From assembly GCA_973895155.1 (NCBI GenBank), contig OZ316895.1, forward strand, positions 21,526,558-21,590,557: a DNA stretch of 64,000 nt, given 5' to 3'. The notes beneath the pieces were generated by a model that saw nothing but the letters and a program-made list of their open reading frames with translations, was not told the DNA's origin and did not search any database. Below, piece by piece: positions 13,662-26,199 of this stretch. The DNA is from Marsupella aquatica. Its lineage: Eukaryota; Plantae; Marchantiophyta. The translations under genes were made by a program, and so were the position numbers. Numbering within the stretch: position 1 is the first letter of the stretch; every line of letters starts with the position of its first letter.

Positions 13662-14125
13662 AGTCTCATTTTCAAATGCATTAGGAGGTGAACGTCGCAG
13701 TTGGGTTAGGTTGAAGCCCAGCACATCCATACACAAAATATCATGGCGAAGATGTCCAGAGAATGTTTCTTTGGACGTAATTCCGGGGTGTTGACCATCT
13801 CAAGAATTAAGTACTTCTGTTTTGTGGCCGTTCTGGACGACTTACTTTGTCCATGTTCCCACGAAGCCTTACGATCGCTAGAGGAGACATGACCCCATAA
13901 ATTCACCGCAATTCACATGATTTCACTCCACCAAAAGATCGTCAAATTCAATAACCCGGCAAGTTTGGCGTCCATTGGACCAAAAAAGTGTCCGGAGAGG
14001 GAGAAAGAGAGCGATGAGAGCTTCAGCCTTACGGACTTATATTTTTTCTTTCCACTCCATTCGCTTTCGCGAAAATTGAGGGGTAACTTCACCATTATTC
14101 AAACACCAGGAGCGAAGAACATCAC

Positions 14126-16123
14126 TTAAAAGAATATCTTGGCGGGTAACCTCCCAGGCTTCACTTTAGACGGGGTGTTACAGTGAGGACATTTCTTGTT
14201 TTTCTGTTTCCAAAGGTCCATCGCACAGCGATAACAGATGTTGGCATGGTTGCAGTCTCTGTAATGAGCTCTGTGGAATTGGGAGGGATCATCTCCAAAT
14301 GCATCCAGACAAATAACGCATTCTTTTGCCTGCAGAGAACAATCAAAGTGGAGACATAACAAGCTTCAGACATACTACCCACTCTTCAGAAATGGCATCC
14401 ATTTACTCCGAAGTCACATACTTCGACGCGGAATTACGTACATAGTCTTCATTGTGGAGTTTGTGCTTCAATGCCTGGGTCCCTTTGACAGCATCCTCCA
14501 TTTCCTTCACTAGCACCTCGTGTTGCCGAATTGTCTGCTGCAGCAAGTCCTCCGTCTCTTTCAGATTTACCCTTTTCAGCTGTAGACGGTGTGAAATGAA
14601 GAGGCTATTAGCCTGTCTCAATATTAGCCATAATATCGAGAATAGGAAGTTGCCAAAAGCGTATCATTGGGATTAAGTACCTATACATCTCTGGACGTCC
14701 TGGAAACTAAAGGACATGGTACAAATCAGGAACTGTTCTCTGAAATACATGCATTACGTTCTTCTCAAAACCATGTATCAAGACGGTGACAAACTGTATT
14801 CTATCACATCAAGAGCACAATCAACTAACCTCTTTCAGTTGCTCTTGTTGACGATCTTGCATTTCCTTCTCCTGCATTTGCCTTCTCTGCTCAAGATCAA
14901 ATAACTTACTCTCCATTTCCGCACGCAACTCTGCCTCAAATTTCCTCTCCTCCAGAGATTCCAATTGGCGTTCTTCAGCAAGTTTGGCCCTGCACTACCA
15001 AGCACTACTACAGCCATTATAGCAATCTTAACATAAATGTTACATTAAGAGATTTGCTGGTAACAGCACCCAGTCACCTACGCTACTCATACTTTTCGAT
15101 ACGAGAAACAATACACGACTACATTTTATCTTTCGGTCAAAGATGTCTGAAAAGGACGCACTCATGTTTCTTGATAGTTTCGTGGATCCCATTGCGCACT
15201 GAATCGGCTTCAAGCGTCGTTTGTTGCCTTTCGTTAAGCAAGGATTGCTGGTACTCCTCCAACTCGTGCTCCCTTTCATAAAATTGCTCTTTGTGACATT
15301 TCTTCTCCTCTTCATTCTTCTGCATCCTCAAAGCCAGCTACACGGTGCAGCAATTCCTCACTACACAATCAAATATCTGATACCAAATTCATGCAGAGGA
15401 ACTAAACGACTGCTATCACCTTAACCTTCTGAAAATTTAAGATTACCAACTTCTGAATTTGCTATTTGCCTCATATGGCTGAAAATCTCCACTTGACAAA
15501 CCAATTTGTGGTGCACTTCAGGTTAAGCTTCCTAAGCAACTTCTAGGTATGTTAAGGCAGACCCTTACATCTTGTTCACATTTCTGTCGTTCAACCTGTT
15601 CTCGCACCTTATCAACCTCTAGTTTCTTAGTGCACTCCTGCACTTGCTGCGTCAGATCATGAACCTCGTTCTTATCTGACTCCAGACTTTCCATCTGTCG
15701 GCGCACCTCGGCTTCAAGGCACTGTAGGTTACCTTCTGCAACTCTTTGTCCTGTGGCGCTCATTAACAATTCAAAGCCCTTCAGAGCGCAAATGTATAAA
15801 CAAAGCGTGATGGTGAGAGAATGTGAAGAGACCTGTCAGTTCGTTATATTAATTTTAAAGAGCACTTATCAGGTTTTCCATATAAGACAAGCTGACCACT
15901 AAGGCTCTGAATGCAACGAACATTGGGCGTTCTCCTTTCACGTTACCTCGCCTTGGGAATTCTATAAAAGAATCGCGGGGACTCTTGAAGAGTTATTTTC
16001 CAGTATAGTGACTGTCACTCGAAAAAGACAACAGAAGGAGACTTAACAAGCTTGACATGAACTCCTTGACGGGGTAGAAAAACAACCTAACCTGTTACTG
16101 AGTGCTTCAGTGAGCTCTAGGTC
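14126..16123 (-). CDS. Coiled-coil + C-terminal C3HC4 RING-finger exons (putative E3 ligase; probably the 3' half of the XS-domain gene)
   Basis: In-phase exons 15750(or 15721)-15569, 15337-15162, 14989-14830, 14579-14442 and 14329-14126 give E/Q/K/R-rich helical sequence. This is followed by CVIC..CNHANICYRC..CPHC, with a stop at 14126. Possible micro-exon at 16123-16099. No convincing own start codon. Confidence 0.82.
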
Positions 16124-18516
16124 CTGTTCTCAACAAACTGTCAAATGCGAATAACATACACTAATGCCAACAGAAGATATTTCACGAGAGACTTCCCTGT
16201 AGTATACGTCAACAAATTCGTAGGTCTACTGTTCGATAGTTCTTGAGATATGTTCTTGAGATATATCCTACAAGAAATTTTCAAGAACATATTTCCTACA
16301 CAGCCCTTCTCGATATGAACTTTCCAAAGTCCCACCAATCCATCAGAACGGACACAAGATCGTGCACGTACACATCTTCCGGTAGAACAGAACAAACGAC
16401 TGCGACAGTCAACTAGAAGCGGGTCAAAATCATAGACCTACGCAAAACTCTCAGTTGCTTATCCATAGGAAAACACAGCCGACAACAATCACATACAGCG
16501 GGTCAGAATCATCGGCCCAAATATAACCTCACCCCCGCCGATATCCATGTGGAACCTTTTCGAAGGAACAAGAACAAGTAAGAGTCTGCACTGCCGGTAA
16601 GAACCTGGCAAACATAACAAGCTTCCTATAGCATAAAGAAGAGAATGTAGCACTATACTTGATTCACGAATGGATCAGACAAAGCGGATAAGAAACAACT
16701 TCACATGAATCAAAACGCATCATCCTGAGATCCATTAACAATTGAAAACAGACCAAAAAGACTTGGTCATGTCAGTCTAACAAAGGAAAGTCAAACATAA
16801 AACTTCACTCACTTCAAAGACAGAACCTCTACACATCTACGTAGACAGGTGCAGTCGAGCAAGAGAACCAGCCATCAAAAAGTTGGATGCGTGTTGTGCG
16901 GATGCGACGAAACATATCATTGCTGGCATCGTATGCAGGAGGTGCCTGTTTACAAAAAGGAAGTTTTAGAACCATCCACATAGTCTGCGCTGTTGGGCGG
17001 CTCTCCCAGACTCCAAAACCGGCGGCAATCAATGACGGCAAGTAAACAACCCACATCACCTACTTGGTCAAAGGATTACTGCCCCAGAATTCGCACCGCT
17101 GATAGCACATCGCCTCGAAAGACGAGCTCGATCACGCAAACTAAAGAGTGGCTCCTGACTACTTAGCTGGCTGAAATCAATGCACAAGTACGACCCAAGA
17201 TCATTATCCTACACTTAGCAGTACTGCCGCTAGAATTTGCATTCCCGGTCAAACATCAGAACGGCCTATTAGCTGAATCCCGAAACAAGTAGCAAATGAA
17301 ATTTCCACCTGGTAAGTGCTCCGCTAAAAAAACACTTACTTAACCCTGTGCGCCGCTAGACTAGTCGACATCCAGAGCTATTTTAGCCCTTGGATAAGAA
17401 TACCACGACAGCTTGAGACACGAGTATCAGGTATCGTTGACTGATGATAAATGTCCATCATAGAGTTTCGACATTGCAAGAGAGTTTGTCAGGCATCTCA
17501 CCACATCCAGCGTGGCGAACAAGGTCAGAAACAGACGCTCAGCAACGATCGATCAGAGCAACCAAGCATGAGTCAGGAATTCATGTCAGGATACTCAAGA
17601 CCTTTATTTCCAGAATTCTGGTTGTACAAACAGCCTCTTTGAAAAATTGTTCATCGGGCAGTTCTCTTTGCCACTTCTGTCAAAACCTATATATATGGAC
17701 GATATATCTCTGAATGATCCGATTTCAGAGTTCACCTATACCTTCCGCTTTCTCAATGTTCGTAGACAAGTAATACCAGAAACCTCCACAAATACGTGAC
17801 AGAAGACATTGGATAAGTCATGGTCTCAAGATCACAAGACTAGCTCCAGGTATGAGTAAAAACTGACGGAAAGATGGACTGGGCATGGAAAGCACGTCTC
17901 AGAACATTTCAAAAATTACTATCCCGAGGTCATCATTAATGCTCAGTATACGTGATTAATGATAAGGTAACGATCGCCGTAGATCAGGGCCGATGCGGAA
18001 CCTCAGGACTGAGACATCTGCACAACAAAAAAGGACAAAGGAGTCATCCAGCCACTCTCATCAAGAGAAGCTTGTCAACCAGAACACATACCGGGGTGTG
18101 TATCTTCCTTCACAGGGAACATTTGAGTACCAAATGGCACAACCCAACAGACAAGAAAACCTCCACCTCAAGAGAAGTCAGAAAGCACAAAAGCAACGGT
18201 GAAAACAAGCTGGGTAACTAGAGAAAATCAATTTCCAATCGGAAATCTGGCACGTACTGCAATACAAAGCTCATAACGAGTCACTGAATACCACGAAAAC
18301 CACTCTTCCAAACCTGGGCCAGAGAGCTTAATTGTGCATTATGCCCAACTGCATGCAAGCATGTACCAAGGCCCGTGACACTCAAATTAAACAACGCGCG
18401 ATAGTACGACGGTCACGAAGTCCTTCACATCAAGTACTAGCTCACATCCCACCAGATATCTTCATTCCAGCCTAGCAATCAGCTACTTACAGTTGCGAAC
18501 GCAAAGAGCAATAACA

Positions 18517-18638
18517 TCATGGCTACGGCTTTGTAAGATGAACCTTGTGCCTCGGTCCTTCTCAGTAGCCATGACGCAAACCTCAAACAAATGAACAAGA
18601 CAGTGGTAGCACAAGGTTCATCTTACAAAGCACAGTAG
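18517..18638. ncRNA. Candidate miRNA-like stem-loop in the putative XS-gene intron
   Basis: gctttgtaagatgaaccttgtgc (18528-18550) is the exact reverse complement of gcacaaggttcatcttacaaagc (18609-18631), with a 58-nt loop. Pairing extends via ctac/gtag. Expression is unknown. Confidence 0.45.
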
Positions 18639-19105
18639 AGGTCAGGGTGACCACACCATCCTCCGGGGTCTCTATCCCGTCCGCAGGACGTCTAAGACTC
18701 GTTCCATATCCACTAATCACAGGTGCAAGTAGCATCTAACAGGAAAGAGACAAACAGACTAGGATAACATCGACTCGTAAATCGCTCAGGAAAGCCAGCT
18801 ATCAATGAGAGAAACTAACAACAAGACGGGAGCCTCCAGGACGGACTTGCCACAGGTCAACCTCTACCAATGGTTAGAACGCAACCGGAGCCGCCGTCAT
18901 CCACTGACGATATGCGGCTTGAAATGGCTCGGAACGTTCCTATCAATCACCCTTCTTCAGAGCACATGCTCAGCTAGTCTAACCCCGCTCTCCATTCTCT
19001 CGAACTTCAAGATAGTAGTGAGGCTTCACCGAACAGTCTCCCCCCGAGCCGTGCGCTGCCAGCTCTAACGAAAAAAGCCAGCTAAGAGAAAAAAATGAGC
19101 TAATA

Positions 19106-20848
19106 TTATACCTGGTGGCGTTGATGGGCTGGTTTTCGGACTTTTTCGTTGAAACTCTCGATGAACCATTTGAGGCCGTTCTTCTGAGGATCAACTCTTT
19201 GAATGTCTTCTGGTTGGGCAAGGTAGCCGTAAAGGATTCTTTTCCCATCTTGAGAGACCAGGTCAGGTGTGTTGAATCCTCGAGGAGATCTTGGGTTCAA
19301 ATCCTGAGGCCTCACCTTCATCCACTGGTCTTTCCCCTTTCCGCTTCGATCGAGCTGGTCGTTCAGAGCTTCCGCCTCAAAATATCCTTCAAAAGTGCCC
19401 GGAAAGATGACAAAAGCACTGCTCTTCTGGCCGTGCATATCGAAGAGAGGCTTCACCTTCGCGTAATCCCAGTTCTCCACGTTCTTCAGAGACTTTTGTA
19501 TATCACTGGCAGCAAGACCTTTCCACTTCTTCCTATCCTCGTCCCAACTCAGTCTAGTGTTCTCGATGATGACCACAGGAGGCCAGACGATAGACTTATC
19601 GTCACTTACACTTTGGTCATTCAGGACCCTCTTATGATCATTTTGGAACCTCTGTTCCTCTCCCCCAGGTCTATTCCCTCTTCTCTTCAGGTGCGAAGCT
19701 TCGACACTGTCGGAGGTTTCATCAACTCCATCTCTACCTTCCCCCTGACGACTGTACAGTGAAGCCTGAACAGACTCTTCCTCTCTACGTCGCTTGTACT
19801 CTTCGGCGGCGTCCGCCTCTTCATACGGACGCTTCAAGGACAGCGACATGCCTTCCTTGGACGATTCTAATCCTACCCGACTCTGACGAGACATTCCGAA
19901 TTTTTCCTCTTTGAACGAGAGGTTATTTGACAAATCTAGCGTTTCTCTGGCAGAGCCAGTGGGTAACATGAGAGTTCTCTCGTCCCTGGCAATGTTCGAC
20001 ATCGAGTAGAAATTGTCATTTCTTTCGATGTGCACAGCATTACGAGGAAACAGGGACTTCTCCTCGAAGGAAGCACCACCAGGTTGAGCTTCACCGCCGT
20101 GAGACGTCTTCTCTACATCTCTGAAGCTGCTCATATCATCTAACCTATGACTAGCAAAATTCACTCCCATGGGCGATGGTCGAGGCTCTTTCGCATTACG
20201 ACTCTCTGGAGCTGCTACGGGCAGGTTATCTTGCGCTCTACCGGACGCCAAGAAGAGCGCTGCCCCGTCGGTGAGAGGCCGTCCGGTTCGTCCAGCCTCG
20301 CCTCTCTTTTTATGATAAGACGAAGAGAGGCTCAAGAGCTCGTCGGGAAAGTCACTGACATCCCTGGCAACAACAGGCTTGGGTCGCTCTTTCTCTTGAT
20401 TATCAACCTCTTTTTTGCCAGAGAACTGAGATAGATAATCCACAAAAGGGCCAGTATCTTGGCCTTGCGGGTCTTGATCTCTTACAGCTGATGCTTCATC
20501 CCCATCATGGTTGAGATTCCTAGAGCTCCCGCTTGCTTCCATGAATGAACGCAAGCCGTCCCCTCCGGTATCTTTGGCCGGATTCAGGAAACTTATAGTT
20601 CCTTCGCCAGGGCCGCCCGGACCAAGGTGATCCACAAAATTAGGAAGCCCGCGACTGACAGGTTGCGGATCTTCTTCAAACGGAGCGTTTAGGTCGAGAA
20701 AATTCGAGGACTGCGGAGGAGGAGGCGCACTATTCCAGAAAGGCGGGGCTGGAGAACGCCGAACAACGTCAAAAGACTGAGAACCCCATGCACCACGAGA
20801 CAAGCCTCCTGCCAGGCCAGCTGGTGGGGGCTCGTCGGAGGTAGCCAT
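19106..20848 (-). CDS. XS-domain (SGS3/IDN2-type RNA-binding) protein, large first coding exon
   Basis: Long low-complexity N-terminus, then SIVWPPVVIIENT..WKG..FVIFPGTFEGYFEAEAL..GKDQW..DGKRILYGYLAQPED, a typical XS signature. Acceptor at ~20876 precedes ATG 20848 (MATSDEPP). The ORF end CAG|GTATAA at 19112 looks like a splice donor. No zf-XS is seen. Confidence 0.85.
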   Translation of the reverse strand: MATSDEPPPAGLAGGLSRGAWGSQSFDVVRRSPAPPFWNSAPPPPQSSNFLDLNAPFEEDPQPVSRGLPNFVDHLGPGGPGEGTISFLNPAKDTGGDGLRSFMEASGSSRNLNHDGDEASAVRDQDPQGQDTGPFVDYLSQFSGKKEVDNQEKERPKPVVARDVSDFPDELLSLSSSYHKKRGEAGRTGRPLTDGAALFLASGRAQDNLPVAAPESRNAKEPRPSPMGVNFASHRLDDMSSFRDVEKTSHGGEAQPGGASFEEKSLFPRNAVHIERNDNFYSMSNIARDERTLMLPTGSARETLDLSNNLSFKEEKFGMSRQSRVGLESSKEGMSLSLKRPYEEADAAEEYKRRREEESVQASLYSRQGEGRDGVDETSDSVEASHLKRRGNRPGGEEQRFQNDHKRVLNDQSVSDDKSIVWPPVVIIENTRLSWDEDRKKWKGLAASDIQKSLKNVENWDYAKVKPLFDMHGQKSSAFVIFPGTFEGYFEAEALNDQLDRSGKGKDQWMKVRPQDLNPRSPRGFNTPDLVSQDGKRILYGYLAQPEDIQRVDPQKNGLKWFIESFNEKVRKPAHQRHQV

Positions 20849-21611
20849 TGTCCCGGTTTCCACGCTTCCCGGCCCTGCGTGCACAATGCATGACAACCAA
20901 TCAGGAAGTGCACACATCACCATAAATGACAATCACATTTAGAGTCTCGAGATTAGCATCGAGGCGCAATCCCGAGAGCTTTCGCAAAAGCCACTAGAAC
21001 AGCACAAGATCCTGGACGACGAGACTACTCGATGCATTCCCCTCTTATGACCCCTTCCGAGTACAACCGTGAAAGAATCATAACCTCAAAAGGATCCCAA
21101 AACGCCGTCGCTCCCCGAGAGTTTCACCCAATCACTTCTAGACTTAACATCGAAGGAGCTGATTTATTGTTTCAATAAGGCCTATTTCAATCACACTAAC
21201 AACGCATTGTACGACCCAAAATATTGCTTATCCCCACTACGCCAACATCGGTAGACCGAACAGAAAGATCACTGATACAGTCTATGCAGCGCCACAAGAG
21301 AACAGCTCGAAAGCATCCGTTCCAGGATGTGACAAACTTATCTCGCTCTCGTATAAAAGCGCGCGGTAGCAGAAAGTCCCTACTACTGTTCATCCACACC
21401 ACAACATACATAACACTGCAACACATCGGGCTTACAATAAAAGGGGAACGCAGCTCGATGCATGTATCCCAGACTTTGTCCACGCATCAACGAATCGCAA
21501 GAGAAACAGAGTATCGCTTCAGTCTGCTCGCGAGTAAGACAGAAAAGTTTCAGTAGAAAAGCTTCTTATCAGAATAACACAGCATCCCATATCACCGCAA
21601 CAGACACACAA

Positions 21612-21627
21612 GCACACACACACACAC
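21612..21627. repeat. (CA)n microsatellite
   Basis: gcacacacacacacac. Confidence 0.8.
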
Positions 21628-23019
21628 TCCTGCCCTGCCTTCAACCTCAGGAAAAACCGTGCAGAATTGCACTCGTCCCGACGAAGAAACGGCAGCTGCA
21701 GCTCTCGCGGTATCTGCAGCCACCGCAGGATATCGCACCGAGCGAAACGACTGGCATTCATGGCTCTTCAACTACAGCACGACTTTCTTTGAACCACCGG
21801 GCTAAACAACAGACAAACGTCTGCATTCAGGCGCCTCAAAAGGTGCTACGAAGACATCTGCTCTAATCCCAAAGGGCTACGTACCAAATTCCACTTGAGC
21901 AGTTTATCACGAGTGCACCAGCAACTGGAGAGGTCCTTGACAGAACGCGGCAGCTTCGTCGACCATGAGACCAATCCTCCACAGCTGTTCACATTCACAA
22001 CAGCGCCATCAAACACACCACCCCCCAACTCCGGCACTTCGCTGGCAACGATACGTCAGCTTCCTCAACTGCCTGCACGAGCAGCACTACTGGCCTGCAG
22101 AAACGTATACAAACACAGTAGCGAGCGAGCGCCGGGAGTATGGCTGGGATGAAGAACCTCACGACAAACTGCGCAGAGCACCAGCAACATCTACCAAAAT
22201 TTCCGCGCGTGGGAAGAATCGACCACTCCGGCCGAGAAGTACCCACAGACAACAAGCGCCGGGACTGTGGATAAGGTAATGAACCTCACAAATGAAACAC
22301 TTCTCAGAAAGCCAGCAACATCCACCAAAAATTAAGAGCAGTGGCAGAATCGACAACTCCCGCACGACGCGATCATTCGTTCCAGCCTCCCTTCTGCTTC
22401 ACCACCCCGGACGACAACACAACTAGACGAGGAGAGAGCCACGTCGAACGGCTGCATCGAACATTAGCCACTCTCCTCCTTCTTCGCCTGCACGCACGAC
22501 AACTCCGGCTAATAACCCAGTCGAGGAGAGGAGCTAAGTTGAGCCGCGAGGGGAAAGCAAGGACGACGACGACGAGGGAGAGAGGGAGAGAGGGAGGAGC
22601 GGCAGCAGCAGCACCACCGCGCTTGCTGCACACTACGCTCCGATTCAGTCACTCCACTACTCCCACACCATACCATTTACACCATGGCCCGGCTTTCCTC
22701 CCTCTTCCTCCCCCAATAATGCTTCCACTTCTTCGTTCTCCGTCGACGAACTTTTCGTCCGCCCTCTTCTTCCTCTCTACACGGCTCTGCCTCAGCACGC
22801 GCAGCGCACGCAAACGAGAAAGAAAAACTTTTTTCCTTCCTCCTCGTGTTCTTCTCTTTTCTCCTCTCCTCTCTTTTCCTCTCGTCTCGTCTCGTCCCTG
22901 CACGGTCGGGGAGGGCAGCCTCGTCCTGAGACACACAACTCTCGTAAGCGAAACTCCAAGCAGCACCCCCCCCCTCACCTCCAAGCGACAGCCCCCAATC
23001 CGGCTTGACGAGGCCTTAT

Positions 23020-24060
23020 ACCTGGGAGCGAGGCGCCAGTTCTCGGATCCATGACTGTCCTCGCCCTTATTAACCCGCCCCCAGCGACGAAGGCCGATAC
23101 AGCTGAGGCTCTTCTACGAGGAGCGAGGGGCTAGTTTCCGGATCCATGACTGTCCTCGCCCTTATTAGCCCGCCGCGAGCGACGAAGGCCGATCCAGCTG
23201 AGGCCCTTCTACGAGGAGCGAGGGGCTAGTTTCGGGATCCATGACTGTCCTCGCCCCCACTACTCCACCGCGAGCGACGATATGCGGGGGGTGACGAATG
23301 TGGAGGAGGGACTCCCATTCCAGCTGAGGCCTGATAGGCGGAGCGAGGACTCAGTTCACGGATCCATGAGTGTCCTCGCCCCAAGTCGTCGTCCACGACG
23401 AGCGACGATCTGCCCGGGGTGACAAATGTGGAGGTGACGGACTCCCATTCCAGCTGAGGCCTGAGACGATATGCCGGGGGTGACGAATGTGGAGGAGGGA
23501 CTCCCATTCCAGCTGAGGCCTGATAGGCGGAGCGAGGACTTCACGGATCCATGAGTGCCCTCGCCCCCATTCGTCGTCCACCACGAGCGACGATATGCCC
23601 GGGGTGACAAATGTGGAGGTGACGGACTCCCATTCCACCTGCGGCCTGAGACGGTATGCCGGGGGTGACGAATGTGGAGGAGGGACTCCCATTCCAGCCT
23701 AGGCCTGATAGGCGGAGCGAGGACTCAGTTCAGGGATCCATGAGTGTCCTCCCCCCCATTCGTCCGCCACTAGCGACGATATGCCGGGGGTAACGAATGT
23801 GGAGGTGACGGACTCCCACTCCAGCTGAGGCCTGAGACGAGGAGCGAGTTTCTAGTTCCGGGATGCATGACTTTCCCCGCCCCCATTAGTCCACCGCGGA
23901 GCGACGATATGCGGGGGATGACGAATGTGGAGGAGACGGACTCCCATTCCATTTGAGGCCTGTGAGACGAGGAGCGAGGGGCCAGTTTCCGGATCCATGA
24001 CTTTCCCCGCCCCCAATTCCACCGCGAGCGAAGAAGGCCGAAATAGCTGCGGCCGGTGAC
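23020..24060. repeat. GC-rich complex tandem repeat (~60-bp subunits, ~180-bp higher order)
   Basis: The modules gatatgccgggggtgacgaatgtggagg..ggactcccattccagctgaggcctga and ggatccatga..tcctcgcccc..gagcgacga alternate many times. Confidence 0.9.
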
Positions 24061-26199
24061 GGACGTGGAGGGGACGGGCTCGGCACAAGCCATCGTCAGG
24101 TGGCTCAATCCTGAGGGCTGCGCTGAACATTTCGACGATGGAGGTGGCCTCCGATATTCTGGGAAGATTTCCTGGGGTTTGACGGCGCGGGAGAGCCAGA
24201 CGTGACCCATCTCCGGAGCGACAAAGTTCCCTACCCCCAACCTCCGGCTCCGTTTGTTTCCCCGTCGCCTCCCTACCGCCACCAAACTTGCTACAGTAAT
24301 CGGCCTGCTCTTTTCCCTTCCCTTTCCCTCCATCTCCCTCGTTCGGACACATTCCTCTCTCTGACCCTTCCAGAAATCTCCAAAAGATTATTCGGATTGC
24401 ATCTCCCTCTAGGTTGTTCTGGGGGTGTCACCAAAAAGTGTGCCAAGGAGGCACTTCATCTAAACTATAGCTCCTGTCAGTGATAAGGCCAAAGTTGTTC
24501 CTGGTTTGCCTTCAGGAGCACCAATTACCCTCATTTCTGATTTCTTCCATTGGATGGGAGACAAAATTGGACCCCTGGACATTTTTCTCGTAGGCCCAAT
24601 TGTTAGGAGCTTACGAAGCTGGGTGGATGTCAAATCTTGCATTTGTTGAGCTTATGGACAGAATGTTTGACAACAGTATTCTAACTATTCCCTGGACTCA
24701 AATTTGGAATCATCTTCCTATGTAACAATGTACAAACTCTTGTAGTCTAGCCTATATTATGCTATAACCAACTACAAGTGCTAAACATGGCCAGTAGACT
24801 TCCTAAAGCACAACAACCATGGTTAGAAATAATGGCATTTCCCTGATATAGCACAACTCAAGAGGACCAATGTACAAAAGCCTAAACTCATTTGGATTAA
24901 AGTCTCTATTTCTATTCAACGAGAGTTGGGCTGGGGCATTTATGGGGCAGTATGGGGAAGCACATTTGTGCCAGCGGTGCCCATTTTCTTCATCAATAAC
25001 CAGGAAAAACAGCCAAACAAATCCAACGGTTATGGATCTTTCCCACCCAGGAGCTTTTTTGTATTGGGATCAAGGACAAAAAAATGAGGGATCCCTTATT
25101 ATAATTGTAGATTCTATATAATTCATAAATAATACTGCCTAGATTGGGACTCAACACAACCCAAGTTATAGACATGCTCACCCCAACTCTTTATTTTCTT
25201 TGGGGAGCAGGACGAGTAGTTGATGCGCACATTTGAGAGTAGAAGCTACAATCTTCCCCCGAACACACCACCATGGCCTTGTATTTGAATAGTGGAAGTG
25301 TAAAGCTTTGGCTTGCTGGGTAGACCATTTGGCAAAATTTAGTAAAAAATAAGCCGACAGTTCCTTATTATTTGTGTTCCGACTTGCTCCTACTTGGGCT
25401 GGTTGCCCTCCTGAGAACTGGGAGTGGGAGTACAATACTTTGTCGTACTGGACCCATGAGACCCAGAACAGACTAGTGCCAGATTTGTTGTTAGGGTTTG
25501 ACGACATGCTTCAGCACACACTGGAGCTGTAGGTATGCTTTTCCAGGCAAATCTCCACTACACCGAGCAGGGAACAGTGGAGTATTGAGGTCCATTTGCA
25601 CCGACTCAGGGTCTGCTGGAGAACGGAATTGATCGGTCGACAAGACGGTGGAGCGGATCCGAGGAGCTGGTAGGCTGAACTTCAATTTGACTCCCTGTGC
25701 TGTGTATTTTTTTAGATTTATGGACTGAGCTGCGAGCATGGAAAAGTAGGAGCTGTCATTCATTAATTATGCGTTCTTTCGTTCATAGCTTCATTGCTCG
25801 TTGGTGACTGGAGGGTAACCTCGTCCCAGATTGGACTTCTTTGATAAAGCATCGGTCGAGTAGATGAAGCTGGGAAATGTGTGCTGAAATGGAGTAGCAG
25901 TAGCTGGGGTGTGATGTTCATGAGGAACGTAGGAAGGAATTGAGGTCAGGTTTACTTATTGCCGAAAGATTTTGGCTGAGAGTGGATTTCTGGACGAATC
26001 CATAGACGGGAGGCAGATGTAAATCGATTTGAGTGAGAGGATATGTGGATTTGTTTCCTCTCGAATTGACATGATGTGTTCTGAATATTGTGGAGCAGGA
26101 AGATTTTCGGTCTTTTTAGTTGGAAAGTGACAGAAGCCTGTGCACGAATTGGCAGCTGTGTTGCTAGTTATCTTTCTGAAGAGTGGAAAAGCAGGGGCG

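Noticed and set aside
19115-19762. 215-aa plus-strand ORF
   Set aside because: Antisense shadow of the XS exon.
19106-20848. Naming the XS gene SGS3
   Set aside because: No zf-XS precedes the XS domain and the C-terminus probably carries a RING, so orthology is not supported.
22341-23054. 237-aa plus-strand ORF and overlapping minus-strand ORFs
   Set aside because: Low-complexity CT/GA-rich leader or promoter sequence, non-ATG start and no domain.
23226-24352. Several minus-strand ORFs with repeated peptides (GVPPPHSSPPAYR, QLEWES)
   Set aside because: They are by-products of the GC-rich tandem repeat. The same peptides recur in different frames, with no splice structure or domain.
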